Positions 39,757 to 40,761 of a stretch of 40,761 bases of DNA are shown here, piece by piece. This DNA is from Vulcanimicrobiaceae bacterium. Lineage in GTDB: Bacteria; Vulcanimicrobiota; Vulcanimicrobiia; Vulcanimicrobiales; Vulcanimicrobiaceae. Location of the stretch: contig JBHEMM010000001.1 in NCBI GenBank assembly GCA_046262595.1, positions 97,166 through 137,926 of the forward strand. The letters run 5' to 3'. Under the pieces are notes generated by a model, which did not search any database, had not been told where the DNA came from, and saw nothing but the letters and a program-made list of their open reading frames with translations. A program made the position numbers and the translations under genes. The first letter of the stretch is position 1. Each line of letters starts with the position of its first letter.

Positions 39757-40032
39757 TTATGACTCGCGCCCCACACGAACTGCATGGCGCACGAACGGTA
39801 GAAATAAGGCCACTATATACACGGCCATCGACCACCAGGGGCCAATGGCCGCGAAAACCCCCGCGACTATACCGCAGCCTGAAACGCGCAGAAAACTACT
39901 TATGACGAAAGACTTCTGCGCTCCGCCCGCGCTCAGCTTCGTGCCGGCGGAATGGAGAAGCGCGAAGTTCATCCCGCCCATGAAAAGTCCCGCCGCGAGG
40001 GCAAGCAGCGCAACGGCCGCATCTCTGCTCAT
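39757..40032 (-). CDS. atpI: ATP synthase protein I
   Basis: Hydrophobic; GGMNFALL, SSFLR; ATGA overlap with atpZ. Confidence 0.75.
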   Translation of the reverse strand: MSRDAAVALLALAAGLFMGGMNFALLHSAGTKLSAGGAQKSFVISSFLRVSGCGIVAGVFAAIGPWWSMAVYIVALFLPFVRHAVRVGRES

Positions 40033-40211
40033 TTGCCAGCCGCGCCGTACAGCAGGCGCAGTGCTGCGAAACCGCCCGCCAATACGCCCGCAAAGAATCC
40101 GGCGATGAACCACCACGAGGCGCCCGTCCGCTGCGCCAGCCAAACGCCGGCGGCCGTTCCGGCAGCAACCCCGCCCAACAGCGCGGCGCCGGCGCTCGTG
40201 GCGCCGCTCAC
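40029..40211 (-). CDS. AtpZ/AtpI-family small membrane protein
   Basis: G...G.WL...TGASWWFIAGFFAG pattern; GTGA overlap with wecB. Confidence 0.7.
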   Translation of the reverse strand: MSGATSAGAALLGGVAAGTAAGVWLAQRTGASWWFIAGFFAGVLAGGFAALRLLYGAAGK

Positions 40212-40761
40212 TGCAGGCGCGCCAGCAGCCATTCGACGATGCGGCCGGAGGCTTTGCCGTCGCCGTAGGGGTTCACGGCGTGCGACATGTGCTCGAAATG
40301 CGCGGATTCGGAAAGCAGGCGTGCTGCTGCCGCGACGATGCGCTCCCGGTGCGGCCCGACCAGCTCGAGCGTGCCGGCGTCGACGCCTTCGGGCCGCTCG
40401 GTTTCATCGCGCATCACCAAAACCGGCTTGCCCAGACAGGGCGCTTCTTCTTGGAGGCCGCCCGAGTCGGTCAGAACGAACGTGCTCGCGCGAACGGCCG
40501 CAACCATCTGCGCGTAGTCCAGCGGGTCGGAAAGCACGACACCCGGCTCGCAGCCCAGCACCTCGAGCGCGATCGGCCGCACGTGCGGCGAGGGATGCAC
40601 GGGCCAGATGATCTGCGGGCGCTGCGGCAGACGCACGATGTCGCGCATCGCCTCGGCGATTTCGCGCATGTGCGAATGGTTCTCGCGGCGGTGCGCCGTC
40701 ACGACGACGATGGGGCGCGCGGCGTCCAAACGTTCCCACCCCGGGGGCAGCGGCAGATCTG
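40208..40761 (-). CDS. wecB: UDP-N-acetylglucosamine 2-epimerase (non-hydrolysing), 5'-truncated
   Basis: TAHRREN, TDSGGLQEEAP, RDETERPEG, NPYGDGKAS. Confidence 0.95.
   Translation of the reverse strand, partial: DLPLPPGWERLDAARPIVVVTAHRRENHSHMREIAEAMRDIVRLPQRPQIIWPVHPSPHVRPIALEVLGCEPGVVLSDPLDYAQMVAAVRASTFVLTDSGGLQEEAPCLGKPVLVMRDETERPEGVDAGTLELVGPHRERIVAAAARLLSESAHFEHMSHAVNPYGDGKASGRIVEWLLARLQ

Overview
GC-rich bacterial chromosome segment, mostly minus-strand. The combination of Firmicutes/Actinobacteria-like gene order, LptA-type outer-membrane genes and a two-b-subunit ATP synthase suggests a diderm Terrabacteria lineage such as Ca. Eremiobacterota; this is inference, not verified. The right half is housekeeping: wecB, a complete atp operon (atpZ-I-B-E-F'-F-H-A-G-D-C), murA, mreB, tsaC, two LptA/OstA-like genes, rarA, a cysteine desulfurase, a DUF948-YtxH-RsbV-RsbW-SigB/F operon and alaS. 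The left half is rich in stress and accessory genes: an NHEJ operon (ligD PE-Lig, ligD Pol, ku) led by two tiny membrane proteins, an NRAMP-like transporter plus Mn catalase, an orphan anti-sigma factor, two DUF2723/TMEM260-like paralogs, ArsR-SRPBCC with a frameshifted GNAT, tRNA-Leu(CAG) and an IS3 remnant. The most notable unexplained signals are (i) a recurring GSDKK-N15/16-GGGWAH promoter motif that outlines a dispersed, partly leaderless SigB/F-type regulon, (ii) an ~80-nt opposite-strand sRNA candidate between rarA and the desulfurase gene, (iii) extensive strand-biased RNA structure on both sides of tRNA-Leu, and (iv) a putative GT-C glycosylation cluster whose genes lack canonical start codons. 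All family assignments are by eye from motifs; no database searches were run.
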